From contig JBDRUH010000006.1 in the NCBI GenBank assembly GCA_039801225.1, positions 1-51,126 of the forward strand: DNA of 51,126 nt, written 5' to 3'. Source of the DNA: a candidate division WOR-3 bacterium (GTDB lineage Bacteria; Hydrothermota; Tepidihabitantia; Tepidihabitantales; Tepidihabitantaceae). The position numbers and the translations under genes are program-made. Below the pieces are notes generated by a model. That model saw only the letters and a program-made list of their open reading frames with translations. It made no database searches and was not told the origin of the DNA. Each line of letters opens with the position of its first letter. Position 1 is the first letter of the stretch. This document shows positions 19,129 to 28,559 of the stretch, in pieces.

Positions 19129-21125
19129 AGAAATATTTTACCCACCTGATAAATTGCCGTGGCTGTCAACCATCCTAATATTAGGGTGTAGCCGGCGGTA
19201 AAAAACGCCCAACGCCAGCCCAATTCCCGTCGGATGGCAGCGAATGTTGCTATGCAGGGAAGATAAAGCAAAGCCATCACCATAAACGTATACCCAGATA
19301 ACGGGGTAAACTTGTTATGAATAATCTGCATCAACCCCTCCTGTCCCGCCCCGTGAATTGTTGCCATCGTTCCGACAACAACCTCTTTTGCTACTACCCC
19401 GGCAAGAAGCGCTACTGCCGCCCACCAGTAACCGAAACCGGCGGGCACAAAAAGGGGAGCAAAAAAGTTACCAATTTTACCTAAGATACTTTCTTTGGAG
19501 GCATAAGGAACACCCCAGGGCAGGCGGGCTAAGATCCAAACCACCACAACCGCTGGTGCAATTACAACTCCGGCGCGCCGGATAAAAAAGAGTGTCCGGA
19601 ACCAGGTGGGTCTGAAAACGGTTCGCAGAGTTGGGGTGTGATAAGGCGGCAATTCCATAATCAATGGCGCCACACTAGCCTTAAAAAAGAGCCGGCGGAA
19701 AAGGCGAGCGACGAGGACAGCAAGAATGATGCCGAGAATGTACAACGAGAATACCACTATACCGCGCTGTCGAGGAAAGAAGACCGCGGTAAAAAGAATA
19801 TAGATTGGCAAGCGGGCAGAACAGGAGATAAGTGGGTTAACCAAAACCGTCAAAATTCGGTCCTTGCGGGACTCCAGAGTGCGGGTCGCCAGAATCGCCG
19901 GCACATTACAACCGAAGCCCATAAGCATCGGTACAAACGATTTGCCATGAAGCCCAAAAAGGTGCATAAACCGGTCCATCACAAATGCTGCTCGGGCTAT
20001 GTAACCGGAGTCTTCAAGAAGGGAGATTAGAGAATAGAGAATGGCGATATTAGGGACAAAACTCAAGACGGTGCCGATGCCGTCAATGAGCCCATCAGCA
20101 AGGAGTGAGCCAACCCATTCGGGTGCATGAAGAAGGGCAAGGAGGTGGACAGCCCCTTGGCCGATGATATAAAAAAGTCGACCGATAAGTTCGGCAATAG
20201 GGGTGCCGAGGGCGAATACGATGTAAAATGTCAATGCCATCAATAGAAAAAAGAGCGGCACCCCGAGCCAGCGGTTGAGGACGATGTTATCAATTGTCTC
20301 GGACAACAGTAGCCTCTGACTAATCTCAGTTCGCTTGAGAACACACTCCCTTACTATCCCATTGATAAATCCGTAACGTCGTTCAATTATCGCACTGGCG
20401 GCATCGTGTTTATGCCGGGTAGCCAATTCGGTCCGAACTTGCGCTGTCACCTTTGCCGCTGCCGTCATCTCGGGTGGAGCGTTTTCACCTTCTAAGAGTT
20501 TTAATGCCCACCATCGCTGTTCTTTATCAGGGACATTTCTCTTTAAGGCGTTTGCCACCTTTTCTATTCCCTGTTCTATCTCGTTGCCATAATCTATCCG
20601 TAGCCCTCGGGAAGAATCGCCCTCGCGTGCCAAGTTATGAATCACCTCTCGCAGTTGGTCAATACCTTCTCCACTGGCAGCAATGGTCGGCACCACCTTT
20701 ACCCCAAGCACCTCAGCGAGTTTGGCGGTATCAATCTCAATCCCCTTTTTGCGGGCGATGTCCATCATATTTAATACCACCACCACCCGCGCGCCCATCT
20801 CTAACAACTGGACCACCAGATACAAATTGCGCTCTAAATTTCCCGCATCAACTACCACCACCACCCCATCCGGCTTTTCCTTAATTAAAAAATCACGGGC
20901 AATGCGCTCGTCAATAGTCCAGGAGTCAAGGGCATAAGTACCCGGCAAATCAACAACCGTTACCTCATGTCCCTGGTAGATTGACCTGCCTTCATGCTTT
21001 TCTACCGTAACTCCGGGCCAGTTGCCCACTGAAACATTACCGCCGGTCAATGCGTTAAATATCGTGCTTTTCCCGGAGTTGGGGTTGCCAGCAATAGCAA
21101 TTTTAATCGGTCTTTTTGGACTCAC
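19125..21125 (-). CDS. feoB: Ferrous iron transporter FeoB
   Basis: GNPNSGKS, NWPGVTVE, DLPGTY, NMMD, GFGCNVPA, MELPPY, LYLPCIAT. Confidence 0.97.
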   Translation of the reverse strand: MSPKRPIKIAIAGNPNSGKSTIFNALTGGNVSVGNWPGVTVEKHEGRSIYQGHEVTVVDLPGTYALDSWTIDERIARDFLIKEKPDGVVVVVDAGNLERNLYLVVQLLEMGARVVVVLNMMDIARKKGIEIDTAKLAEVLGVKVVPTIAASGEGIDQLREVIHNLAREGDSSRGLRIDYGNEIEQGIEKVANALKRNVPDKEQRWWALKLLEGENAPPEMTAAAKVTAQVRTELATRHKHDAASAIIERRYGFINGIVRECVLKRTEISQRLLLSETIDNIVLNRWLGVPLFFLLMALTFYIVFALGTPIAELIGRLFYIIGQGAVHLLALLHAPEWVGSLLADGLIDGIGTVLSFVPNIAILYSLISLLEDSGYIARAAFVMDRFMHLFGLHGKSFVPMLMGFGCNVPAILATRTLESRKDRILTVLVNPLISCSARLPIYILFTAVFFPRQRGIVVFSLYILGIILAVLVARLFRRLFFKASVAPLIMELPPYHTPTLRTVFRPTWFRTLFFIRRAGVVIAPAVVVVWILARLPWGVPYASKESILGKIGNFFAPLFVPAGFGYWWAAVALLAGVVAKEVVVGTMATIHGAGQEGLMQIIHNKFTPLSGYTFMVMALLYLPCIATFAAIRRELGWRWAFFTAGYTLILGWLTATAIYQVGKIFL

Positions 21126-21576
21126 TTGCTTCCACCATCACAATAACCCGGCATGCCATCCCTCGTCCTATCTGAACCCTTTTTCCTTCTACCTCAACCA
21201 CCACCGGTCCTGATTTGCCATCTGTCTGACGGGTAATAACCTTTCCCGCGACAATTCCTATTTCTGCCAGCCGTATTCTTATTCCTTTACCACCAGAAAT
21301 TTCAACCACCTGCAACCGCCCGGCTGGCGCCTCTAATAGAGAGTAAACCGGCAAATGTTCAACCAAAACCAAAGCCGCTTCCTCCTGTCGGAGCGATATA
21401 CAGTAGCCCAAAAGTTCATACGCTCTCGGGTCCCCCATCGGTGCGCAGCGCTTTACCGCTACCTTCACCCCTGGAAGAAAACCCATCGTTTCCAGCCGAC
21501 GCCGGATGGCGCTGTCGCCATCAACTTTCTTCACCACTGCCCATTCCCCAACTTTCAGGTCGCTCAACCTAATCAT
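21103..21576 (-). CDS. feoA: FeoA protein with two tandem FeoA domains
   Basis: RRLETMGFLPG...APMGDP...ISLR and RLAEIGIVAG...GPVVV...IGRGMA; ATG 21576 overlaps the upstream stop. Confidence 0.9.
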   Translation of the reverse strand: MIRLSDLKVGEWAVVKKVDGDSAIRRRLETMGFLPGVKVAVKRCAPMGDPRAYELLGYCISLRQEEAALVLVEHLPVYSLLEAPAGRLQVVEISGGKGIRIRLAEIGIVAGKVITRQTDGKSGPVVVEVEGKRVQIGRGMACRVIVMVEASESKKTD

Positions 21577-21983
21577 AACTTTCTTTTTCCAACCACAAAG
21601 CCCCAAAGCCTCCTTGCGGTTTCCTCAGAAAGCGAATGTTCCAACCGGCAGGCATCCAATGCCGCAACCCGGGCGCTCACCCCTAAAACTTCAGACAGAA
21701 ATCGCTCCAGGATAATATGCCTTTTATAAATTACATCCGCCTGTAACCTTCCTGCCGCGGTCAACTCCACCCCGCCATAATATTCGTGCTTTACCAGCCC
21801 TTTATCCTTCAGTATCTGCAAAGCCTCTACTACTGAAGGACGGCTCACGCCAAGAAACCGGGCGATTTCTTTCACCCGGACCGGGCTTGCCTTTTTCTCC
21901 AGGATGAAAATCGCCTCCAGATAGTCTTCGCCACTCTCGCCGAGTTTTCCTCTTTTAAAAGACAATCTATTCTTAATACTCAT
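21573..21983 (-). CDS. DtxR/MntR-family metal-dependent transcriptional regulator
   Basis: EDYLEAI, IARFLGVSRPSV, KRHIILERFL, ACRLEH. Confidence 0.93.
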   Translation of the reverse strand: MSIKNRLSFKRGKLGESGEDYLEAIFILEKKASPVRVKEIARFLGVSRPSVVEALQILKDKGLVKHEYYGGVELTAAGRLQADVIYKRHIILERFLSEVLGVSARVAALDACRLEHSLSEETARRLWGFVVGKRKL

Positions 21984-21985
21984 TG

Positions 21986-21999
21986 TTAGGTATACCTAA
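21986..21999. promoter_or_regulatory. DtxR-family operator
   Basis: Perfect 14-bp palindrome TTAGGTATACCTAA between the -10 box and the start codon; matches the TTAGG-N4-CCTAA pattern of DtxR-family boxes. Confidence 0.85.
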
Positions 22000-22026
22000 T
22001 TTTAACTCTTAATACTCTCCTGTCAA
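21999..22026 (-). promoter_or_regulatory. Sigma70-type promoter of the dtxR-feoAB operon
   Basis: TTGACA-N16-TAAAAT. Confidence 0.75.
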
Positions 22027-22044
22027 TAAAAATAGTCCGCCTTT

Positions 22045-22098
22045 TGTCATTGCCAGCCCCTCGCCTCCTGTTATTGCGAGCGTTAGCGAAGCAATCTC
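22045..22098 (+). repeat. Half copy of a GTCATTGCGAG...GAAGCAATCTC palindromic repeat family
   Basis: TGTTATTGCGAGCGTTAGCGAAGCAATCTC at 22069-22098 plus TGTCATTGC at 22045; no partner arm seen. Confidence 0.5.
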
Positions 22099-22154
22099 AA
22101 ACCGAAGCGCCCTGAGGGGCTCAGAAGACTCCGCGGTTCTTAGCCCTAGTATAC

Positions 22155-23030
22155 TTAAAATGAAATAAACCGATAGGAGATTGAGTCAGATTGGAACTCA
22201 AAGAGGAGATAGCCCGGTTTGCCGAAGTCAAGGTCTTTGGACATCGTGCCAACGATGAAGTGGTGAACACCATTTATTTCCGTATGGCGAAAGCCATGGA
22301 TATGTCCGGAGCAGATAGCATAAACTTTATATTTCTGTAAAAGGCTCTGCAGTTTTGTCCTTTCGGCAGTTGATGCCAGCCGGAAGATACTTGGGGTTTT
22401 ATCGTCATAGAGTGGAAAGTGGGTTAAGACTATCTTCAATATTGGCATGGTGTCACTAAGTTCCTTTTCTAGCCACTGAAATTGAGTTGCCCCAAGCCTT
22501 CCTTCCCCAGTATCAAGGAATATGAGTTTCAACCGGGGATGGGGTGTTCGAGATGCACAGGATGGACCAAAATGCTCCTTAAAGTTTTCCCAAGAACCAT
22601 CCGAATAGAGGTCGTGATTGCCTAAGGTAACATAATTAAATAGCCCGTAAAAAACTGCCATTGACTGGAGTGCCGAGGCAAGGGAATCATATTCCTCTTT
22701 GGAACCGTGATGGGTCAAATCACCGGTTACACAAAAAAAATCTATCTCAAGAGATTCGGCAGAGCGGGTAAATTCGGTTAAATAACAGCCACTCTTATTG
22801 CCGATGTGGATGTCACTGAATACTGCGAACTTGAAAGTATCACCCAAAAGTGGCGGTTCAAGATGAATATAATTTAGACTTTCTTTTACCCGTGTCTCAA
22901 CATCAGGATGGAGTAGAACCTGAAGTGGTTCAAGTTCGCAACTGTTAAAGACCAATACTCCTAAGGCTATGATTGAGGGTAAAAGACAAAAGACGGATCG
23001 TTTTCGGTTGATGTTCTTGCTATCTTCCAT
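22155..23030 (-). CDS. Calcineurin-like metallophosphoesterase, probable lipoprotein
   Basis: SDIH, GDL, GNHD, TH and GHIH motifs; lipobox-like VFNSC. Confidence 0.88.
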   Translation of the reverse strand: MEDSKNINRKRSVFCLLPSIIALGVLVFNSCELEPLQVLLHPDVETRVKESLNYIHLEPPLLGDTFKFAVFSDIHIGNKSGCYLTEFTRSAESLEIDFFCVTGDLTHHGSKEEYDSLASALQSMAVFYGLFNYVTLGNHDLYSDGSWENFKEHFGPSCASRTPHPRLKLIFLDTGEGRLGATQFQWLEKELSDTMPILKIVLTHFPLYDDKTPSIFRLASTAERTKLQSLLQKYKVYAICSGHIHGFRHTEINGVHHFIVGTMSKDLDFGKPGYLLFEFQSDSISYRFISF

Positions 23031-23787
23031 ATTTCACTCCAATATCTCCATGCAGTTCTGGAAAGGAGATAAGGAAGGTAGAAAGACCGTTGATCGCGGT
23101 CCGGCAGCCAAGAAACAGTTCCAAGGAAGGAGAGAGCCAATAGCGAACTCTAAATCCAAATGGCAACTGTTGGGGATTTTTTATTTCTAATAGATTATAG
23201 TTGCTCAACTCGGCGGTAGCCTTAATGTTATTTATTTGGAATAATTGCCACTGGAACAAATAGAGAAGATTCCACTCGCCTGGCCCGCCGGTGTAAATCC
23301 AGGGCTGGGTAAATCGGCTTGGGTCAAATACCGGTTGGCGCCAAGAGACTCCAAGGCCAATAATATCCGGTTGAAGTATGTAGGGCACTCTGCCTTGGCA
23401 GGTGGCAAAGCCACTACCTTTAGGTTTGCAACTATTAATATCCGGTTGGAAGAAAAAAAGGGAAAAGATGCTGTTTTCACCTGCCTGCCAGTCATTCCAC
23501 TGGTTATGCGCTAAACCAATGTTAAAACTTAGTCTTTTCAAGTTGGGAAATGAGAGTTTACCTTTTACCGCATAGCCACTTACCCCGTTATGTTGGATAA
23601 AACTGCCAGCAAATCCGCCTTCAAGCGAAAGAAATCGGCACAGTTCAGTCTGCAATCCGATACCAAGAATTCCCTTTGCTTCCACACCCCTTTCACCACG
23701 ATAGCCAAGAGAAACCTCCGGTATTAGGGTAGTTCCATAAAGAGGTAACAGTAAGTATATTAAGCAACAGCCAATGTGTTTGGACAC
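23020..23787 (-). CDS. Hypothetical exported protein, possibly an outer-membrane beta-barrel, with an in-frame palindromic insertion
   Basis: Signal-like N-terminus and alternating beta-strand pattern. Start set at GTG 23787 because the ORF-track TTG is the -35 box of TTGACT-N16-TATCCT. Confidence 0.6.
   Translation of the reverse strand: MSKHIGCCLIYLLLPLYGTTLIPEVSLGYRGERGVEAKGILGIGLQTELCRFLSLEGGFAGSFIQHNGVSGYAVKGKLSFPNLKRLSFNIGLAHNQWNDWQAGENSIFSLFFFQPDINSCKPKGSGFATCQGRVPYILQPDIIGLGVSWRQPVFDPSRFTQPWIYTGGPGEWNLLYLFQWQLFQINNIKATAELSNYNLLEIKNPQQLPFGFRVRYWLSPSLELFLGCRTAINGLSTFLISFPELHGDIGVKYGR
23361..23448. repeat. REP-like insertion flanked by a 13-bp direct repeat
   Basis: TAATATCCGGTTG at 23361-23373 and 23436-23448 flanks GTAGGGCA...TGCAACTA. 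Confidence 0.7.
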
Positions 23788-23838
23788 CCATAAGGATAAT
23801 TGAATTATGGGAGTAGTCAAGAAGTTGGCAAAATTTTC

Positions 23839-23866
23839 TTGACAAAGGGGAAAATTATGGTATTAT
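23839..23866 (+). promoter_or_regulatory. Sigma70-type promoter of the rrf2-hcp operon
   Basis: TTGACA-N16-TATTAT with TG extension; ATG 9 nt downstream. Confidence 0.7.
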
Positions 23867-23875
23867 AGTTCCGAA

Positions 23876-24328
23876 ATGTCTGATTTATTCAATGTCAGTG
23901 AAGCGGCCCGGTTGGCGCTGCACGCCCTGTTTTTGCTCTCCCGGTCGGAAAAGAAACGATGGACCGTCTCTCGGTTGGCCGATAGTTTAGGTGTTTCCCA
24001 AGCCCATCTTGCTAAAGTCCTTGCCCGACTGGAACATGCCGGTCTGGTGAAAGGTCAAACCGGTCCTGCCGGCGGCTATTGTCTGGCACGAGCCCCGGGA
24101 AAAATTACCCTTTTATCAATCTATCAGGCAATGGAGGGCAAATTACAGACCGGGCGCTGTCCATTTGCAGTGCCGGTATGTCAAGGCGATGGTTGCCCGT
24201 TGGGTAAGTTTTTTCAGAAGATAGACCATCAGGTTATCAGTTGTTTAAAAAAGACAACTATTGCCCAAATAAAAATTAAAATAGGGGGAGGAAATGAAAA
24301 AAGGCAGAAGAAAAGTAATCAGAATTGA
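23876..24328 (+). CDS. Rrf2-family transcriptional regulator
   Basis: LALHAL, HLAKVLARL, GPAGGYCLAR, ITLLSIYQAMEG and three C-terminal Cys (C-x5-C-x4-C). Confidence 0.92.
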   Translation: MSDLFNVSEAARLALHALFLLSRSEKKRWTVSRLADSLGVSQAHLAKVLARLEHAGLVKGQTGPAGGYCLARAPGKITLLSIYQAMEGKLQTGRCPFAVPVCQGDGCPLGKFFQKIDHQVISCLKKTTIAQIKIKIGGGNEKRQKKSNQN

Positions 24329-25127
24329 CGAGTCAAAGTGCACCGGTTGTGGTTTATGTATTCCCGACTGTCCTGAAGGCGCTTTGCAGATAATAGACGG
24401 TAAGGCGCGGTTGATTTCTGACTTATTTTGTGACGGTCTGGGCGCCTGTGTTGGCACCTGCCCGGAAGGTGCTTTAACAGTTGAGGAGCGGGAGGCTGAA
24501 CCTTATGGTGAGCGCAAGGTGATGGAGAATATTATCCGGGCAGGTGCAAATACTATCGCCGCCCATCTAAAGCATTTAAAGGAGCACGGTGCTGAATCCT
24601 ATTACCAGGAGGCGGTCAATTACCTAAAAGAACACGGAATACCCATACCCTATGAAATAGTGAACCCCACCTGCGGCTGTCCTGATGCTCAGGTGCAGTT
24701 CCGGCAGTCAGAGTCGGTAACCGCCGGTGAGGTCAAGTTTAGTTCCCGTCCATCCCGGCTGGTTACCTGGCCGATTCAACTGAAACTGGTGCCGGTGGGT
24801 GCGCCGTTTTTTGCCGGTGCCGAACTTCTTATCGCAGCAGACTGCACCGGTTTTGCCAGCCCGAATTTCCATGATGAGTTCCTTAAAGGCAAAGTGCTCT
24901 TGGTGGCCTGTCCGAAACTGGATGACGCCGAGTTTTATCAGGAGAAGTTGACCGAAATCCTCCGGTTAAATGATATTCTCTCAATAACCTGTCTGCATAT
25001 GGAGGTGCCCTGCTGCTATGGTCTGGTGGCGATTATCCGGCAAGCGCTTGCGGACAGTGGCAAGGAGATTCCCTTTCAGGAAATAACACTTAAAATCAGC
25101 GGTGAGATAAAGGGGGTAAGGGAATGA
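24294..25127 (+). CDS. 4Fe-4S dicluster protein of the type associated with hcp
   Basis: CTGCGLCIPDCP, CDGLGACVGTCP, WPIQL, AADC, ACPKLD, MEVPCC. Confidence 0.88.
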   Translation: MKKGRRKVIRIDESKCTGCGLCIPDCPEGALQIIDGKARLISDLFCDGLGACVGTCPEGALTVEEREAEPYGERKVMENIIRAGANTIAAHLKHLKEHGAESYYQEAVNYLKEHGIPIPYEIVNPTCGCPDAQVQFRQSESVTAGEVKFSSRPSRLVTWPIQLKLVPVGAPFFAGAELLIAADCTGFASPNFHDEFLKGKVLLVACPKLDDAEFYQEKLTEILRLNDILSITCLHMEVPCCYGLVAIIRQALADSGKEIPFQEITLKISGEIKGVRE

Positions 25128-26785
25128 ATGCCGAGGCAAAGATGTTTTGTTATCAGTGTGAGCAGACAAAGGGTGGAAACGGCTGCACCACCCAGGGGGT
25201 TTGCGGTAAGGATGCCCTCACGGCTAATCTGCAGGACCTTTTGCTTTATGCGGTTAAAGGTATCGCCCAGTTTGCTCATCGGGCACGGCAGTTAGGGGTA
25301 ACCGACAGCGAGGTCAACCTCTTTACTGTTGAAGCGCTGTTTTCCACAATTACCAATGTCAATTTTGACCCCGAAAGGCTAAAAGGTTTGCTCTTTCGCG
25401 CCGCGGAGCTGAAAATGCGGATAAAAAGTCTTTACGAAACAGCGGTGAGGGAAAAAGGGTGTGTGCCGGAAAGGCTGGTCGGTCCGGCAGAATGGCAACC
25501 GAAGGAGAGTATTTTTGAGATGGTGGAAGAGAGTAGAAATGTTGGTATTCTTTCCCGCCACGAACGCTTTGGTGACGACCAGGCGGACCTGATGGACTTA
25601 ATTCTTTTCGGGCTCAAGGGGGCTGCTGCCTATGCTGACCATGCGGCAATTCTAAAAGTGGAGAATGAAGAGGTTTACGCCCGTTTCCACGAGCACCTTG
25701 ATTATCTTACCAGGGACAGTTTTGCTACCGAGGAACTATTACAAAATGCATTGAGGGTAGGAGAGTTGAACTTGAAAGCGATGGAACTGCTAGACCGGGC
25801 GAATACCACGACCTACGGCGAACCTGTGCCTACCCGGGTGCGGGTTACGCCGGTACGGGGCAAGGCGATTTGCGTCTCCGGTCATGACCTGTGCGATTTG
25901 GCGGCACTATTGGAACAAACAAAGGACCGGGGGATCAATATCTATACTCACGGTGAGATGTTACCGGCACATGGCTATCCAAAACTTAGAGCATATCAAC
26001 ATCTGGTCGGGAACTTCGGTTCTGCATGGCAGAACCAACAGAAGGAGTTCCCGCTCTTTCCCGGGGCAATTCTTTTCACCACCAACTGCCTCCAGCGGCC
26101 GGTGGCAAGTTATAAAGAACGCATCTTCACTACCGGACTGGTTGCGTGGCCCGGGGTCCAGCATGTCAACCGTAAGGACTTTTCACCGGTGATTGAGGCG
26201 GCACTTGCCCAGCCCGGTTTTGTTACTGATGGTCCACCGCATTACATCACCGTTGGGTTCGCCCGGAACTTTCTTCTGAACAATGTCGCAAGAATTGCCG
26301 AGTTGCTTCAATCCCAGCGAATCCGGCATATATTTCTCGTCGGTGGCTGTGACGGTGCCAAACCGGGGAGAAATTACTATACCCAGTTTGCTCAGTTGGT
26401 ACCGCAGGATTGCCTGATTCTGACATTGGCCTGTGGAAAATACCGGTTTAATAAATTGGAGTTTGGCGAGATTGAAGAGTTCCCGCGTCTCTGGGATGTG
26501 GGTCAGTGCAATGACAGTTATTCGGCGATTCAGTTTGTCGTTGCCTTAAGTAAAGCGCTCGGTGTCAACCCAAACGAACTGCCACTTTCATTTATTCTCT
26601 CCTGGTACGAGCAGAAGGCGGTGGCGGTTCTGCTCACCCTGTTTTATCTTGGGATCAAAGACATCAGGTTGGGACCTTCATTACCAGCATTTTTAACACC
26701 GACTCTTATCAGGATACTTCAAGAAAAGTTTAACATTACGCCCATTACCACTCCGGAAGATGAGTTAAAATCAATTCTTGAATAG
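25124..26785 (+). CDS. hcp: Hybrid cluster protein (hydroxylamine reductase)
   Basis: MFCYQCEQT..GCT..GVCGK, SGHDL, YTHGEMLPAHGYP, GGCDG, GQCND, LSWYEQKA. Confidence 0.97.
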   Translation: MNAEAKMFCYQCEQTKGGNGCTTQGVCGKDALTANLQDLLLYAVKGIAQFAHRARQLGVTDSEVNLFTVEALFSTITNVNFDPERLKGLLFRAAELKMRIKSLYETAVREKGCVPERLVGPAEWQPKESIFEMVEESRNVGILSRHERFGDDQADLMDLILFGLKGAAAYADHAAILKVENEEVYARFHEHLDYLTRDSFATEELLQNALRVGELNLKAMELLDRANTTTYGEPVPTRVRVTPVRGKAICVSGHDLCDLAALLEQTKDRGINIYTHGEMLPAHGYPKLRAYQHLVGNFGSAWQNQQKEFPLFPGAILFTTNCLQRPVASYKERIFTTGLVAWPGVQHVNRKDFSPVIEAALAQPGFVTDGPPHYITVGFARNFLLNNVARIAELLQSQRIRHIFLVGGCDGAKPGRNYYTQFAQLVPQDCLILTLACGKYRFNKLEFGEIEEFPRLWDVGQCNDSYSAIQFVVALSKALGVNPNELPLSFILSWYEQKAVAVLLTLFYLGIKDIRLGPSLPAFLTPTLIRILQEKFNITPITTPEDELKSILE

Positions 26786-26872
26786 TGGTAACTCATGAAT
26801 TATCCCTACAGCCTTGATTCGAGTTACGGGAAAGGAGAGATGGACACCAGATCATTGACATTGCAGAGAAAA

Positions 26873-26901
26873 TTGACATAGCTGATAATAAATAATAAAA
26901 T
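26873..26901 (+). promoter_or_regulatory. Sigma70-type promoter, near-leaderless
   Basis: TTGACA-N17-TAAAAT, ATG 8 nt downstream. Confidence 0.6.
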
Positions 26902-26909
26902 AGAACATT

Positions 26910-28559
26910 ATGATAATAAATGTAACACTGGGTTTAGTGCTCATTTCCCAGTTGAGTTCATTTGACATTTCGCCGGTTAGTTCTCCCCAATACGCTGGCG
27001 ACTCATTTGTCATTACCGTCATCGCCCGGGATTCACTGGGCAATATCTATAACTATAACCGGACGGCATATTTATCAACCAGCCGCGGGTCGGGGTATAT
27101 CTATCCCAATGTTATTGGACCTTTTATAAGTGGCGTTTGGCAGGGAAAGGTAATGGTTACTCTGGCGGAAAGGCTGCGGATTTACTGCACCGATGATTTG
27201 AGAATAGTAACCGACTCCAGTAATCTCTTTGATGTGTTTGCTGGCTCTCCATCCCGATTTTTGCTTATTTTGCCCGGTCAGGAGTTGTATCCGGGAACGA
27301 AAGAAGGGAAATCGGGACAACCGGATGCTCAGGAGGCGGGTGACACCTTTGCCTTTCAAGTTTATTTGACTGATGCCTGGAGTAATGTTGTCCGGTTCCG
27401 AACTGATACCGTTCTCTTTAAGGCAACAGATAGTTTTGCCCAGTTGCCTCAGGTGGGCGTGATTGAGGACGGCGGTGCCGAGTTTTCTGCCTGTTTCCGT
27501 CAAGCAAGAGAAAACCAGATTTTCGCCCTACCGGCGGAGGGAGAGACATTTCGCCCTGACACCGCATCGTTTTTCGTAGAACCAAGTTCATTTGACAGAT
27601 TATTATTGCTTCTTCCCGGGGAATCGCATCTTCCCGGCGATACCACCAAAATAGTATATCAGACTCCGGGTAAGTCTGGCACACCAATACCACAGTTTGT
27701 TCGTGAACCTTTTAATGTTACCATTTACCCCTGTGACCGTTATTGGAACCGGGTTAACGGCGGCAATTTGGTTGTTTCGCTTTTCTCGGACTTTCCTATA
27801 GAATTTAGCCCAACAGAAACCATCTTACAGGACAGCGCCGTTTTTTCCGCCGCGTTTGACTTTGCTGGAGAGAAGCAAACTATCTGGGTGGCCAATGAGG
27901 AGGGCAATTTCCAGTCCTATCGTAGTTTTATTGACATAAAAGCACGGGGAAAAAGTTTGGAAGTTACGGCGCCGGATACGGTTGTTGCTGGTGAGACGGC
28001 AAGCATCCGGGTGGTTGTCCTTGATGCCAATGAATTACCTATTACTGCGGCGCTGTGCCGATTTACCGTTGTCAAAGGGAATGGTCAGATGTTAGAAGAT
28101 GCGCTGCTTACCGATACCCAAGGTGTTGCGGTAGCCCATTTTCTTTGCACCAGAGCATATTTTTCCGAACTTGATACGATAAAAATCAGTTCGGGAGATG
28201 CGGAGGAGTTCGTTGAAATCTATGTCAAGATACCTGATAAAGAGGTAATGCTGGGTAATATTATTGCCTTTCCTAATCCTTTTGGATTTAATCGTGATGC
28301 CGCAGAAATTTGCTATTATCTCAGTAAGGCGACACCAATTGATTTCCGAATATATGACCCATTCGGTAATGAGGTTATTTCTCGGCAGTTCCAGCCGGGT
28401 GAAGAAGGTGCCAAGGCAGGGGTTAATCGGGTTGTGTGGAATGGTCGCAATAAAGAGGGGCGGCGGGTTGCTGCCGGGGTATATGTCGTGCAGATTGTCG
28501 GAGAACTGCATACCGCAGTCGTAGAGAAAAAAACTTACCGTATAGGAGTGGTATGGTGA
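26910..28559 (+). CDS. Exported multi-Ig-like protein with C-terminal FlgD-Ig/T9SS-like domain
   Basis: Internal duplication (LLILPGQ..PG...GKSGQP / LLLLPGE..PG...GKSGTP); C-terminal FPNPF...IYD..G...WNGRN..G..VAAGVY. Confidence 0.75.
   Translation: MIINVTLGLVLISQLSSFDISPVSSPQYAGDSFVITVIARDSLGNIYNYNRTAYLSTSRGSGYIYPNVIGPFISGVWQGKVMVTLAERLRIYCTDDLRIVTDSSNLFDVFAGSPSRFLLILPGQELYPGTKEGKSGQPDAQEAGDTFAFQVYLTDAWSNVVRFRTDTVLFKATDSFAQLPQVGVIEDGGAEFSACFRQARENQIFALPAEGETFRPDTASFFVEPSSFDRLLLLLPGESHLPGDTTKIVYQTPGKSGTPIPQFVREPFNVTIYPCDRYWNRVNGGNLVVSLFSDFPIEFSPTETILQDSAVFSAAFDFAGEKQTIWVANEEGNFQSYRSFIDIKARGKSLEVTAPDTVVAGETASIRVVVLDANELPITAALCRFTVVKGNGQMLEDALLTDTQGVAVAHFLCTRAYFSELDTIKISSGDAEEFVEIYVKIPDKEVMLGNIIAFPNPFGFNRDAAEICYYLSKATPIDFRIYDPFGNEVISRQFQPGEEGAKAGVNRVVWNGRNKEGRRVAAGVYVVQIVGELHTAVVEKKTYRIGVVW

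Noticed and set aside
23853..23870. Rrf2 operator over the -10 box
   Set aside because: Only a weak imperfect palindrome in AT-rich DNA; not distinguishable from chance by eye.
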